Assembly (NCBI GenBank): GCA_040006775.1
Contig: JBDTWI010000008.1
Span: forward strand, 1,262 to 65,261
Direction of reading: 5' to 3'
DNA: 64,000 nt
Source: Saprospiraceae bacterium
Lineage (GTDB): Bacteria; Bacteroidota; Bacteroidia; Chitinophagales; Saprospiraceae
Of this stretch, positions 1-11,023 are shown piece after piece (position 1 is the stretch's first letter; every line of letters starts with the position of its first letter). The notes beneath the pieces were generated by a model, which was not told the origin of the DNA, did no database searches, and worked only from the letters and a program-made list of their open reading frames with translations. A program made the translations under genes and the position numbers.

Positions 1-2121
1 CATACTTTTTCTCAAGATTAAAGTCTATATTGTTCATTGACGAATATATTTCAATGCTTTCAGGTAAATAAATCCAAGCACTTTCATCTTGAAAAACCTG
101 AATTGAAATAGAATGAATGGTATCAAGCTTAAGGAGATCAATATTTGCATCCAAATTTTTTCCATTGTCAAACCCCAACCATTCAGATCCTGAAAACTTA
201 TTAGGGCTCGCATCTATTCCATTTATTAATACCCTAGACCCTCCTCCTCCATACTTTAATGAAGGACTTTGACTTATATTAATTTTTTTGCCAACAGACT
301 TGTGTTTATTAAAAGCAATACTTATTGAACGTCCAAGTGTATTGTCATTGAGTTGAAACCAGGCTTTGAAATTTTTATCTTTATCAAGTAAAATACTGTC
401 AACACTTAAGTATTCTTGATTTATGCCATCCTCTTTACTATCTGTTTCAATTAAAATTCTTCCATTTAAAGGTGGCTTGTTGAAAACAAGATACTGACTA
501 TCTGAGCTTACTCGTGTGCTGTAATTCAAATCCAGATAAGCATTAGAAAGGTTTATATTTTGAGATTTAAACCATGCAAACTGTGAATTTAATCTGTTTA
601 AAAACTCTTTATAATCTCTCATTGCTGGCACTGACCAATTGACTTCAGCCAAGGCCATCGCCCTAGGAAAGGCCATATATAAAACCTGTTCCGGACTACT
701 TATATATTCCGTCCAAACATTTGCCTGAGCACCTATAATATACTTTTGAAATTCAACGGCTAGATCTTCCGGAATAGGATTAAATGAATATACTTTTTCT
801 AAAGAAGTATAACCACCAATTGCAAGAGGCTCTAGACTAGAAGTGGATTGGTAATGGTCGAAATAACAATAGGCTCCGGGTGTCATAATCACATCATGTC
901 TTTGTTTTGCAGCTTGAATTCCGCCATCAAATCCTCTCCAGGACATAACTACTGCATTTTGAGAAAGACCTCCTTCAAGAATTTCATCCCAACCAACTAG
1001 GACCTTATTCTTTTTGGATAAATAAAGATCCATTTGTCGAATAAAATAACTTTGAACATCTTCATAAGTTTTAAGTTTTTGGCGACGCATAACCTTGGTA
1101 CATTCTTCACTTTTTTTCCATTCCTCTTTGAGTACTTCATCTCCTCCAACATGAATATATTTTCCTGGAAATAAATCGCATACTTCATCCAGTATATCTT
1201 TCATAAAATTGAGCGTAGTATCTGTTGGACAAAGTACATTGTTGGAAACACCCCAAGTCGTCGCGACCTCATATGGACCTGCATTACAACCAAATTGAGG
1301 ATATGCTGCCAATAGTGCTGCTGAATGTCCTGGCATTTCAATTTCAGGAATTATTTCAATAAATTTATCTTTAGCATATTGCACAATATCGACAATCTCT
1401 TCCTGAGTATAAAAACCACCATATTCGGTTTTGTCATATTGAATCGGATAAGATCCATAAGCTCCAATAAGCGTTTCTTTTCTAATGGATCCAATCTCAG
1501 TAAGTAATGGATATTTTTTTATTTCAATTCTCCATCCTTGATCATCTGTAAGATGCCAATGAAATTTATTGAATTTGTATCGCGCCAATAAATCTATATA
1601 CTCTTTGATAAAAGAAACAGGGAAAAAGTGTCTGCTTACATCGAGATGCATACCTCTATAAGGAAATCTAGAATAATCTTCGATAACTAAAAATGGAACA
1701 CTTGATTTTTGTGTTGGTTCCGAAAGTTGTATAAGTGATTGAAGTGCATAAAATATTCCTTGTGATTCCTGAGCATTAATTAATATTCCATTTTTTGTGA
1801 TGTTGATAGAATAATAATCTGGTTTTCGATCTGTATATTGATTTGAAAGTATGATCGCTTTTACTTTCCCAAATTTGGGAGACTTTGATTCAATGACCTT
1901 TATATTTGATAAGGATAATTGTTGTTTGTACTGTTCAGTAAGCTGTTTTAATTCGGGATTATTTTTTTGTATTATTATTTGTCTGATTTCTGACAATTTC
2001 AGGTTGCCTGGTGCAGCCCTTACGTTAACCGGAATTGGAATAATTTGTATTTGATTTGGGTTTTGAGCTGAGCTTTTTAGTCCAATACAAATTATAAAAA
2101 AAACTAATTTAAATATTTTCA
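1..2121 (-). CDS. GH20 beta-N-acetylhexosaminidase (C-terminus lies beyond the window edge; frame broken 9 codons after the ATG)
   Basis: Own minus-strand translation gives signal peptide MKIFKLVF.., then RGMHLDVSRHF, KFHWHLTDDQGWR, IHVGGDEV (GH20 Asp-Glu pair) and VMSWRG. The frame stays open to nt 1, so it is absent from the ORF track. The ATG at 2119-2121 is out of phase with the body because of the A7 run at 2096-2102. Confidence 0.8.
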
Positions 2122-2243
2122 TGGATTTGTTATTAAATCGATCACAAAACAACGAAATATTCGATTAATTGTTATTTCAAAATAATGATTGGGGATTATT
2201 TTTAAAACTTTATACCTTCGCATTGATTAATTAAAAGAAAACT

Positions 2244-2849
2244 ATGTTCACAATAAATATTTATCTGAAGTTTGCACTAATTGCCATTGGTCTACTTGGT
2301 GGTTCAATATTGTGGTATGCTTATGGATTCTGGTACTCCTTTCCTTTTTTATTGACGGGCATAATACTCTTGCTGAGCTACATTTTATTAGGAACTGTTC
2401 AATCAGCCTCTCAACTCATGCAGAATACGGATTTCCATGGTTGCGAGAAAAGATTAAATTTAAGTTTAAATCCTAAGTGGCTTTATGTTACTAACCGAGC
2501 TTATTATTACTTGATCAAAGGTTCAGTTGCAGTTCAAATTGGAAATAAAGATGATGCAGAAATATGGTTCTCAAAAGCACAAGCACTCAAACTTCCTTCT
2601 GACAACGAACGCGCAATGATTCTTATTCAAATGATCAATATTCAAATTAATAAAAATCAGTGGACGCAGGCTAATAATTCGTATAGAGAATTAAAAAAAT
2701 TAAAACTGACTACAAATATTTTTAAAGAGCAAATGGATATGCTCGACAATGTTTTCAAACAACAGGGTAAGGCTAAGATGTCAGGACAGATGGACCAAAG
2801 ATCCATGTTCAGACCTGGAGGAAAGAGAAAAATGCCACGAATGAGATAA
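2244..2849 (+). CDS. hypothetical membrane protein (N-terminal TM helices, helical TPR-like C-half, polybasic tail)
   Basis: 201-aa ORF with hydrophobic segments LKFALIAIGLLGGSILWYAY and FPFLLTGIILLLSYILLG and C-terminal RPGGKRKMPRMR. No catalytic motif recognised. Confidence 0.55.
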   Translation: MFTINIYLKFALIAIGLLGGSILWYAYGFWYSFPFLLTGIILLLSYILLGTVQSASQLMQNTDFHGCEKRLNLSLNPKWLYVTNRAYYYLIKGSVAVQIGNKDDAEIWFSKAQALKLPSDNERAMILIQMINIQINKNQWTQANNSYRELKKLKLTTNIFKEQMDMLDNVFKQQGKAKMSGQMDQRSMFRPGGKRKMPRMR

Positions 2850-2965
2850 TTTATTTTTAATTAATGGCGAATAGTCATTTTTGAAATTATATTGAATATA
2901 ATTATTGAAAATGCAATTTAGATCTTAATCAAAAAGTCATACTTTAGTTATTAGAATAAGCCATT

Positions 2966-4786
2966 GTGACAAACGAAGAATTTAAATTACTTTCTCCTAC
3001 ACTACCAACCGATCCCGGAGTATATAGATTCATTAATTCCAGAAACATTATTCTATATGTAGGTAAGGCTAAAAATCTTAGAAATAGATTGAATTCTTAT
3101 TTTGGCGAGAAGAGTTATGTAACCGGTAAAACCAAAACACTTACTAAATTAGCAACGCGAATTGAATACACAGTTGTAGAGACTGAACACGATGCTTTAT
3201 TGTTGGAGGCTAATTTAATTAAAGCCAATCAACCGAGATATAATGTCATGCTAAAGGATGGCAAAACCTATACGTACATTATTATCCGCAATGAAGATTT
3301 TCCAAGAGTGTATTTTACTAGAAAAGTTATCAAAGATGGATCGACTTATTTCGGTCCATATACTTCAAAGTTTAGGGTTGAGACCATTCTGGATTTAATT
3401 AGGCTACTTTTTCCAATACGTTCCTGTACACTAAATCTTGATCCGGCGCATATTGCAAAAAGCAATTATAAAGTTTGTCTGGAATACCACATTAAAAAAT
3501 GTAATGGTCCTTGTGAAAAATTGGAAAGTGTTCAGGAATATAAGGAGAGAATTGATCAAATAAAGAATATACTACGTGGTCATTTTAAACCTGTTAAAGA
3601 TTTTATTCAATTTCAAATGAAACGATTTTCAGAGGATTTGAATTTTGAACGCGCACAAGAATGGAAGATCAAGTTGTCTGCCTTTGAGGATTACCAAAGT
3701 AAATCAACCATTGTGAGTACAACAATAAAAGATGTTGATGTCTTTAGCTTAGTAAGTGATGAGGAAATTTGTTATATAAATTATTTAAAAGTCATTCATG
3801 GAGCCATACATCAGACCATTACTATTGAAGCAGAAAAAAACCTGGATGAAGAACCAGAAGTAATATTATCCTTGGCAATAGAAAAAATTCGAAAACAATT
3901 CAAAAGTGTGGCTAATGAAGTAATTGTACAATTTCCTAATCTCCTTGTTGAACCAGGAATTGAAATTACAGTTCCCAGAATTGGTGACAAGAAAAAACTA
4001 TTGGAGCTCTCTGAAAAAAACGCACAGTATTTCAAATTGCAAAGGCAGAGAGAAATTATGAATAGGACAAAGCGAATTACACCTGCAGAAAGAATCCTAA
4101 CAAAATTGAAAGAAGATCTACAGATGAATGACATACCTCTTCATATTGAATGTTTCGACAATTCAAATATTCAAGGAACACATCCTGTTGCCGCTTGTGT
4201 TGTATTTCGAAATGCAAAACCTTTTAAAAAAGATTACAGACATTTTAATATTAAATCAGTTGAAGGTCCAAATGATTTTGCCTCCATGGAAGAAGTAGTT
4301 TATCGAAGATATAAACGAATGCAAGAGGAAGAACAAAGTTTACCACAACTTATAATCATTGATGGAGGAAAAGGACAGCTTTCTTCGGCAATGAAGTCCA
4401 TTGACCTTTTGAACCTAAGAGATAAAATAAGCGTCATTGGAATTGCTAAAAAATTAGAGGAAATTTACTTTCCGGAAGATCCAATTCCTTTGCACATCAA
4501 TAAGAAATCAGAATCCTTAAAGCTCATCCAACAATTGAGAAATGAGGCACATAGATTTGGAATTGGCTTTCATAGAGATAAAAGATCTAAATCTATGCTA
4601 AAATCTGAATTGGATGGAATAAAAGGTATTGGAGATAAAACAAAAACGAAATTATTAATGCAATTAGGTTCATTTCAACGAATAAAAAATTCTACAGAAT
4701 TAGAATTACAAGCAATAATTGGCAATCACCTCACCAGAAAGCTCATTGACTACTTTAAAATTGAACCAGCTAAGGAGGGAGAATAA
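2966..4786 (+). CDS. uvrC: excinuclease ABC subunit C
   Basis: 606 aa. GIY-YIG N-terminus (PGVYRF..ILYVGKAKNLRNRL..Y), central UvrC/endonuclease V-like region (IECFDNSNIQG) and a C-terminal helix-hairpin-helix region. GTG start in the track. Confidence 0.95.
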   Translation: MTNEEFKLLSPTLPTDPGVYRFINSRNIILYVGKAKNLRNRLNSYFGEKSYVTGKTKTLTKLATRIEYTVVETEHDALLLEANLIKANQPRYNVMLKDGKTYTYIIIRNEDFPRVYFTRKVIKDGSTYFGPYTSKFRVETILDLIRLLFPIRSCTLNLDPAHIAKSNYKVCLEYHIKKCNGPCEKLESVQEYKERIDQIKNILRGHFKPVKDFIQFQMKRFSEDLNFERAQEWKIKLSAFEDYQSKSTIVSTTIKDVDVFSLVSDEEICYINYLKVIHGAIHQTITIEAEKNLDEEPEVILSLAIEKIRKQFKSVANEVIVQFPNLLVEPGIEITVPRIGDKKKLLELSEKNAQYFKLQRQREIMNRTKRITPAERILTKLKEDLQMNDIPLHIECFDNSNIQGTHPVAACVVFRNAKPFKKDYRHFNIKSVEGPNDFASMEEVVYRRYKRMQEEEQSLPQLIIIDGGKGQLSSAMKSIDLLNLRDKISVIGIAKKLEEIYFPEDPIPLHINKKSESLKLIQQLRNEAHRFGIGFHRDKRSKSMLKSELDGIKGIGDKTKTKLLMQLGSFQRIKNSTELELQAIIGNHLTRKLIDYFKIEPAKEGE

Positions 4787-4829
4787 CCGGTAGAGAGGAG
4801 TATTAATTCTGCTATTTTTAGCCTCTTGG

Positions 4830-4861
4830 TTTGAAAATCAGACGCTGTTGACTTACCTTTG
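4830..4861 (+). promoter_or_regulatory. candidate Bacteroidota-type promoter (TTTG -33 / TAccTTTG -7) for the ppiD-like gene
   Basis: TTTG at 4830-4833 and TACCTTTG at 4854-4861 with a 20-nt spacer, 80 nt upstream of the ATG at 4941. Confidence 0.4.
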
Positions 4862-4940
4862 CAAAACTTTTTTAAAAAGTAAAATTTCTGAATTTTTTTT
4901 ACATATATAATTGATAATCAATTAACTAAGTTTCTTCAAA

Positions 4941-7070
4941 ATGGGATTAATAACAAGTATTAGAAAACGCCTTTGGATTGTGACCATATTAATGGCTTTG
5001 GCCTTATTAGGCTTTATAGTTATGGATATGACATCAGGTAAGTCTTCCTGGTTTTTTAGTAATCGTGAAAATGTTGCATCGGTTGCTGGTCAAAACATAA
5101 GCTGGAAGGAATTTCAACAAACTGAAAGTATACTTTATCGAAACGCTACAGATGTAGATTACTTTGGTAGAAAAGAATACGTTTGGAATCAATTGGTAGA
5201 AAAAGCCATACTTGAAAAAGAAGCTTCTAAAAATGGTTTAGCGATAAGTGATGCGGAGCTCAAAGAACTTGAATTTGGAAATGACCTTTCTCCGATTATT
5301 CAAAGAAATTTTAGAGACCCAAATACAGGACAGATTGCACGTGAACAGTTAAATCAATTTCAAACTGGTGTTGAAGCGAATTCCTTACCAAAAGAAGCAA
5401 TTGATTTTTGGAAGGTTCAAGAAAAAGAAATTATAAAAGACAGACTCCAATCTAAAATTACTGGACTAGTAAAAGGTGCCTTGTTCATGCCGAATTTCAT
5501 GGTTGAGAGACATTTTCTAGAGAGCAATCAAAAAATCAACTTCTTATTTACACGAATTGCATACAACCTAATCAAGGATGAAGAAATAGGTGCAGTTACA
5601 GATGAAGACATTAGTGCTTATATTAAAAATAAAGCTGATGCATTTACCAACGACGAAGAATCAAGAGATATCCAATACTGTATGATCGATGTCATACCAA
5701 CTTCTGAGGATTCTAATTCTATTGCAAAATTGGTAGCTGACAAAGTTGAAGGATTTAGAAATACAACTAAAGATTCATTATACATAGTTACCAATCTTGG
5801 CAAATGGGACGAAACTTATATTAAGTATGCTAATATTCCAGATGCAATTAAGGATACAATTATCACATTTAGCGTGGGTGATGTGCTGGGACCCTATATT
5901 AACAAGGGAGAATTTTGTATTACAAAAATTATCGCAAAGAAAATCTTAGCGGATTCTGTCAAATCCAGACACATACTAAGAAGAGTTACAACTAGACAAG
6001 AATATCAGGATGCAGTTAGGTTGTTGGATAGTATTAAAACGGTGATTGAAACCGGTAAAGGAAGATTTGATTCTCTTGCAATGAAATTTAGTCAAGATCC
6101 TGGTTCAGGAATTAAAGGAGGTGATATTGGATTTGCCTCTCAGGGTATGATGGTTAAAGAAATTAATAACAAATTATTCTTTACTGGAGTAAAAGGTAAA
6201 CTTTCAATATTTGCTTCTCAATTTGGTTTGCACTTGTTGGAAATTACAGACGAGAAATACATTCTTAACCAAACAGCTATGCAAATTGGTACAATTAGTG
6301 AAACCATTATGCCTGGTGATGAAATTCTTAATACCAAACTAGAGGAAGCTCAAAAACTTGTGGAAGAACATCCTAAGTTAGAAAGTTTGAATAAAGCCAT
6401 ATTGGATGGTAAGACTTATGTAATGAATTATGCAGGTGAAATAAAAGCGAATGATTACAAATTAAAGAAGTTAGGTGAGGAAGGCAATGCTACATCAAGA
6501 GAAATAATTCGTTGGGCTTTCGAAGCTAAGACAAAAGTAGGAATGGTTTCTCCTGAGGTTTATTCTGTTCAAGATGGCGTGAAGAAATATACAAATAAAT
6601 ATGTCATTGCAGGTGTTGCAGCAATTAATCCCAAAGGTTTATTAAAGCCAGCAGCCGCAAGAGAGCGTGTTGAAGAAGAAATAAAGAAAGAGAAAAAATT
6701 TGCTTACATTAAAAAAGTTATCGGACCAGTTAATGAATTGAAAGCAGAATATGGTGAGTTCAAATCTCAAGTAGATACTGCAATTGAAACAACTACTAAT
6801 GGTCAACAAGTTCCTCATTATGGTCTTGAACCGGATGTTGTAACTTATGCATTCAAATTGGCTCCAGGTCAGGTAGGTGGACCTTATAAAGGTGATGGGG
6901 GAGCTTATATTCTCCAATTAACAAGTAAAACGGATCCAGGTGTTGCAGCTAATTTAGAAACTTTTAAAAGGTTTTATAAACATCCTGCTGTGAATACAAT
7001 ACCAACTTATTTGATGCAAGGGCTTAAGAAGTCTTACAAACTTAAAGACAACAGAACTACTTTCTATTAG
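4941..7070 (+). CDS. ppiD: PpiD-like membrane-anchored periplasmic chaperone / parvulin-type peptidyl-prolyl isomerase
   Basis: 709 aa. N-terminal TM anchor (LWIVTILMALALLGFIVM), SurA_N-like helical region, and a parvulin domain (SRHILRRV..FSQDPGSGIKGGDIGFASQGMMVKE). Confidence 0.8.
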   Translation: MGLITSIRKRLWIVTILMALALLGFIVMDMTSGKSSWFFSNRENVASVAGQNISWKEFQQTESILYRNATDVDYFGRKEYVWNQLVEKAILEKEASKNGLAISDAELKELEFGNDLSPIIQRNFRDPNTGQIAREQLNQFQTGVEANSLPKEAIDFWKVQEKEIIKDRLQSKITGLVKGALFMPNFMVERHFLESNQKINFLFTRIAYNLIKDEEIGAVTDEDISAYIKNKADAFTNDEESRDIQYCMIDVIPTSEDSNSIAKLVADKVEGFRNTTKDSLYIVTNLGKWDETYIKYANIPDAIKDTIITFSVGDVLGPYINKGEFCITKIIAKKILADSVKSRHILRRVTTRQEYQDAVRLLDSIKTVIETGKGRFDSLAMKFSQDPGSGIKGGDIGFASQGMMVKEINNKLFFTGVKGKLSIFASQFGLHLLEITDEKYILNQTAMQIGTISETIMPGDEILNTKLEEAQKLVEEHPKLESLNKAILDGKTYVMNYAGEIKANDYKLKKLGEEGNATSREIIRWAFEAKTKVGMVSPEVYSVQDGVKKYTNKYVIAGVAAINPKGLLKPAAARERVEEEIKKEKKFAYIKKVIGPVNELKAEYGEFKSQVDTAIETTTNGQQVPHYGLEPDVVTYAFKLAPGQVGGPYKGDGGAYILQLTSKTDPGVAANLETFKRFYKHPAVNTIPTYLMQGLKKSYKLKDNRTTFY

Positions 7071-7093
7071 TAGATCAAAATATTTACTTGTAC

Positions 7094-7150
7094 AATCAAA
7101 TCAGTCTATGTTTTTATTAAATAAACATGGACTGATTTGATTCTCTTTTC
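7094..7150 (+). terminator. rho-independent terminator after the ppiD-like gene
   Basis: 20-bp stem with one mismatch: AATCAAATCAGTCTATGTTT (7094-7113) pairs with AAACATGGACTGATTTGATT (7123-7142). Followed by CTCTTTTC. Confidence 0.6.
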
Positions 7151-7529
7151 ACCTTATAATTTATCTTCTGTAATTAGGATATAGTCTATTCTGGACTTAT
7201 TTCAATTTGATTTTTAATAATTCACTTCTATAATTTCTATCCTTTAGATGATTATTCAATTAGTGGTTTTATTTTTTATGATCAACAATTCTATAGGAAT
7301 ACATAAGATTTAAATAATTAAGTATTCAAGACATTTAAATCAAGCAATTAGAGAAGCCATTTAACTAATCAAGATAGAATTAATAATTTTAACTCTTTTG
7401 GGATAACTTAGCTTAAGGAGAAGGCTGCCAATTTCTATTCAGGGAAGAAACATTCATATTGCTCTAATTGCTAAAAACCTGCTATTTTTACCACAGAGTA
7501 TCCATTTTATCAAATCAAAAGAATTACAA

Positions 7530-9206
7530 ATGACTGAAGTATCATCAATTGGAAAGCATCCTAAGGCATTATTTGTCCTGTTTTTTACAGAAATGTGGGA
7601 GAGATTTGCCTACTACCTAATGGTAGGAATTTTATTGATCTATTTAACTGATGCTACTACAGGTGGTAAAGGTTTATCTGGAAAGATTGGCGCTGATATC
7701 GTTGGAAGTTTTATCGCTTTAGTTTACCTGACTCCATTTATTGGAGGTCTTATCGCCGATAGATACCTTGGTTATATCAAATCCATATTTATTGGTGGAT
7801 CACTCATGGCAGCGGGATATTTAGGACTATCCTTGCCGGGAGATACTGCGATGTTTGTTTCATTGACCTGTATCATTATTGGAAATGGTTTTTTCAAACC
7901 TAATATTTCAACTTTACTTGGAAATATATACAACAGAGAAGATCTCAAACCTTTAAAAGATAATGCCTATAACATTTTTTATATGGGTATAAATATAGGT
8001 GCATTCGTGTGCAACTTTGTTGCTGCTTATTTGCGAAATGCTTATGGATGGGGATATGCATTTGGTGCTGCTGGAGTTGGTTTAATCATTGGATTAATTA
8101 TTCTTAGTACTTCATTAAAGAATAGAGAAATTTCTGAAGCAAATATCAAGAAGCCCATTCAACCTGAGGATATGCCTTTGGGTCAGATTTTTAAAACAGT
8201 TTTTTTACCGGCAATAATTGCAGCAATACTTGGATGGATATTACCATTAAAAATATTTGGTTCAACAATTATGGGAACCCAAGCAAATGATGCATTTATT
8301 TTTGCCTGTCTACCCATTATTGCATTTTATATTTCACTATGGATTAAGGCAACAGGTCAAGACAAAAAAGGAATTGGCGCATTACTTTTCATTTTCGCAA
8401 TTTCTGTTGCCTTCTGGACCATATACAATCAAAACGCAACGGGTCTAACTCTTTGGGCGGAAAAACACACAGATAGAGAAGCATCAGCAACTACAGCAGA
8501 AATAACAGGAGCTATTTTTCCTATGCAAAGGGTCACGGATACACTTAGAATGGTGAACAAACTTGATCCTTTTATGAGAGAAGTCAAGGATAATGAAGGA
8601 AAGGTAGTTCAGGAGATGGGACCTGATCCATATTTTGTAAATGTTCCAAAAGAAAATTGGCCAAACGGAAAAGATCTAAAACTAACCAATACGGAATTGT
8701 TTCAATCCATAAACCCACTTTTCATTGTCGTGTTGACCTTATTTTTTGTACCATTTTTTAGTTGGCTGCGCAAGAGAAATAAAGAACCTACCACCATGTC
8801 CAAGTTTGGAATGGCCTTATTTATCTCGGGACTTTCAGCTTTAGTTATGGTATTTGCAATACTTTCTGTGCCTTCGATTTATACACATAAGGCTTCTGCT
8901 GGTTGGCTTTGGTTGACCTATTTTATTTTTACAATCAGCGAAATATTCCTGAGTCCAATGGGTCTCTCCCTTGTTTCTAAGTTAGCTCCTGCAAGACTTA
9001 CAGCTCTAATGATGGGAGGATTTTTCTTATCTACTTCAATCGGTGGAAAGATTGCAGGTGTAATGACAAGTTTCTGGGATGATTTTACAGATAAAAAAAT
9101 GTTCTTCCTGATCCTTGTAATTGCCGCGTTTATAGGTGGAATACTCATTTTCACACGTATAAAATCCTTAAACCAAATTGTAAAAGAGAAGACCGGATTT
9201 GAATGA
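7530..9206 (+). CDS. POT/PTR2-family proton-dependent di-/tripeptide transporter
   Basis: 558 aa, multi-TM. Signature N-terminus FFTEMWERFAYYLMVGILLIYL, then GGLIADRYLG and FKPNISTLLG. Confidence 0.9.
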   Translation: MTEVSSIGKHPKALFVLFFTEMWERFAYYLMVGILLIYLTDATTGGKGLSGKIGADIVGSFIALVYLTPFIGGLIADRYLGYIKSIFIGGSLMAAGYLGLSLPGDTAMFVSLTCIIIGNGFFKPNISTLLGNIYNREDLKPLKDNAYNIFYMGINIGAFVCNFVAAYLRNAYGWGYAFGAAGVGLIIGLIILSTSLKNREISEANIKKPIQPEDMPLGQIFKTVFLPAIIAAILGWILPLKIFGSTIMGTQANDAFIFACLPIIAFYISLWIKATGQDKKGIGALLFIFAISVAFWTIYNQNATGLTLWAEKHTDREASATTAEITGAIFPMQRVTDTLRMVNKLDPFMREVKDNEGKVVQEMGPDPYFVNVPKENWPNGKDLKLTNTELFQSINPLFIVVLTLFFVPFFSWLRKRNKEPTTMSKFGMALFISGLSALVMVFAILSVPSIYTHKASAGWLWLTYFIFTISEIFLSPMGLSLVSKLAPARLTALMMGGFFLSTSIGGKIAGVMTSFWDDFTDKKMFFLILVIAAFIGGILIFTRIKSLNQIVKEKTGFE

Positions 9207-9310
9207 TGTTAGAAATCTGAAAGTTTTGATTTATTGCTAAGAGAATTGACTTTCTGTGAACTTATCATTTAAGAAAGACTAGATATTATTATTTTTAACT
9301 GATGTAAAAT

Positions 9311-9340
9311 TTCAATTGAATATAAATATTTTCAATTGAA
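9311..9340. promoter_or_regulatory. two perfect 10-bp palindromes TTCAATTGAA spaced 20 bp centre to centre (candidate operator)
   Basis: TTCAATTGAA at 9311-9320 and 9331-9340, in the intergenic region upstream of the thioredoxin-like gene. A TATTTTTG -7-like box lies at 9477-9484. Confidence 0.3.
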
Positions 9341-9502
9341 ACATTTAGTATGATTTGTTTGATAATGACTTACAGCGATTCATTAGGCATTCAATTTTCT
9401 ATAGTTTCTGTCAAAGGATTTTTCCTTAAGCCAAATTTTTAACATTTGTTTAAAATATTCGGGGATCTATTCTTTATATTTTTGCGTTTAAAAGCTTAAA
9501 TT

Positions 9503-10963
9503 GTGCAAATAAAAATACATCATATTCACTCCTTGCTTACAAGAGGTTTATTCCTAAGTATGCTGCTTTTCATTCTAAATTTTGAGCTAGTTCATGCTCA
9601 AAAGGACAGTTGCAACATTCGTTTTTATATTGAGGGAATGAGTGCTGGAAAAGTTACTTTGATTGGTGCTTTCGCAGATCAGAATTATCTCGCCGATTCA
9701 ACGATAGCCAATGACAAAGGTTATTTTGAATTCAAAAGAAAGAAACCACTCAAACCGGGATATTTTTATATCATCTTGCCTGATTATACGAACATTCATA
9801 TGATTGTGGATAAGGATCAGGATTTTAGTATTCATACAAAAAAATCAGATCTCTTCAAAGCCGCATTAGTTGAAGGTTCAATAGACAATGAATTGTTGTA
9901 TCAGTCCATCAAAATGCAATTGCATCAGGAAATTGTTGCAGATTCAGTAAGCAAATTAATGAGTGGAAAAGAAAAAACAGATCCAATTTATGTCTCTTGT
10001 AAAAATGAATTAGATAAATTGGCAACAGAGAGAAAAGATCATCTTGCAATGATCGAAAAAGATTACCCAAACAGTTTTTATACCAAATTTAAACTCTCAG
10101 GACAGAATCCAGAACCCATTGATATAAGAAAGAAAAACGGCGATCTCGACACTACCCGTCAATTGGAATTATTCAGAGCACAATTCTGGGATAATGTAGA
10201 TATGTCCGATGAGAGATTGTTGTACACTCCTGTAATTGCCAACAAACTCAAAACATTTATAAATGATCTCACCTTACAGAATCCGGATTCAATTATAAGA
10301 CAGGCAGATTTTATCATTCAGAAGTCTTTAGTTAATCTGGAGATGTTTAAATTCATAAGCAATTGGTTGGTCATCAAATATCAACCAACCAAGACAGCAG
10401 TAATGGATGGGGAGGCGGTTTTTGTTCATGTAATTGACAAGTACTTTACCAAAGAATATGCGAGTTGGTACAATGATAAAGAACTCGCAGATGTAAGAAA
10501 AAAGGCTTCCGAAATGCAAGCCAGTTTGCTCAATAGAAAGGGACCAGATGTCATCTCTACAGATCAGTTTGGTCAGACCAAATCCATTTACGAAATTCAA
10601 ACGCCATACATCGTCGTATACATGTATGACACCAAATGCGAACATTGTCAAAAAGAAACTCCTTTGTTGCGTCAATTTTACGACCAATGGAAATCTAAAG
10701 GATTGCAAGTATTCGCAATTGTATTGAATTCCACAGAACAAGAATGGAAAGATTTTATTGCTTTAAATAGAATGCAAGATTGGGTCAACGTAAGAGACCC
10801 AACCAATCGAACAATTTATGGAAAATATTTCGTCGACATTACACCGGAAATCTATATCCTGAACAAGGAGAGAAAAATAATCGGAAAGAATCTTAAAGTT
10901 GATCAGATTTCAAGTATCATCGAAAGAGATATGCAGAAAAATAACACAGAAATAAAAAGATAG
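9503..10963 (+). CDS. secreted TlpA/thioredoxin-like thiol-disulfide oxidoreductase with a long N-terminal accessory domain
   Basis: 486 aa. Signal peptide, then a C-terminal thioredoxin fold with the CxxC motif (YDTKCEHCQKETP) and a VFAIVLNS..WVNVRDP pattern. GTG start in the track. Confidence 0.75.
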   Translation: MQIKIHHIHSLLTRGLFLSMLLFILNFELVHAQKDSCNIRFYIEGMSAGKVTLIGAFADQNYLADSTIANDKGYFEFKRKKPLKPGYFYIILPDYTNIHMIVDKDQDFSIHTKKSDLFKAALVEGSIDNELLYQSIKMQLHQEIVADSVSKLMSGKEKTDPIYVSCKNELDKLATERKDHLAMIEKDYPNSFYTKFKLSGQNPEPIDIRKKNGDLDTTRQLELFRAQFWDNVDMSDERLLYTPVIANKLKTFINDLTLQNPDSIIRQADFIIQKSLVNLEMFKFISNWLVIKYQPTKTAVMDGEAVFVHVIDKYFTKEYASWYNDKELADVRKKASEMQASLLNRKGPDVISTDQFGQTKSIYEIQTPYIVVYMYDTKCEHCQKETPLLRQFYDQWKSKGLQVFAIVLNSTEQEWKDFIALNRMQDWVNVRDPTNRTIYGKYFVDITPEIYILNKERKIIGKNLKVDQISSIIERDMQKNNTEIKR

Positions 10964-10994
10964 AATTTATTTTTTTATAAAGTGGACACATGAT

Positions 10995-11023
10995 GTAAAT
11001 CAACTTTCGAGTTATTGATTTAC
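10995..11023. terminator. hairpin between convergent genes (possible terminator)
   Basis: GTAAATCAA (10995-11003) pairs with TTGATTTAC (11015-11023), with an 11-nt loop. There is no clean T-run, so the call is weak. Confidence 0.3.

Noticed and set aside
3811-4134. Antisense or shadow ORFs inside longer genes. Examples: 3811-4134, 5618-5803, 6642-6917, 8918-9154, 10328-10741, 14078-14398, 17039-17479, 23641-23994, 24358-24669, 36682-36987, 41410-41646, 46396-46767 and 60204-60542.
   Set aside because: Each lies wholly within a longer ORF that has clear family motifs on the other strand or in another frame. Their sequences are low in complexity and lack recognisable domains.
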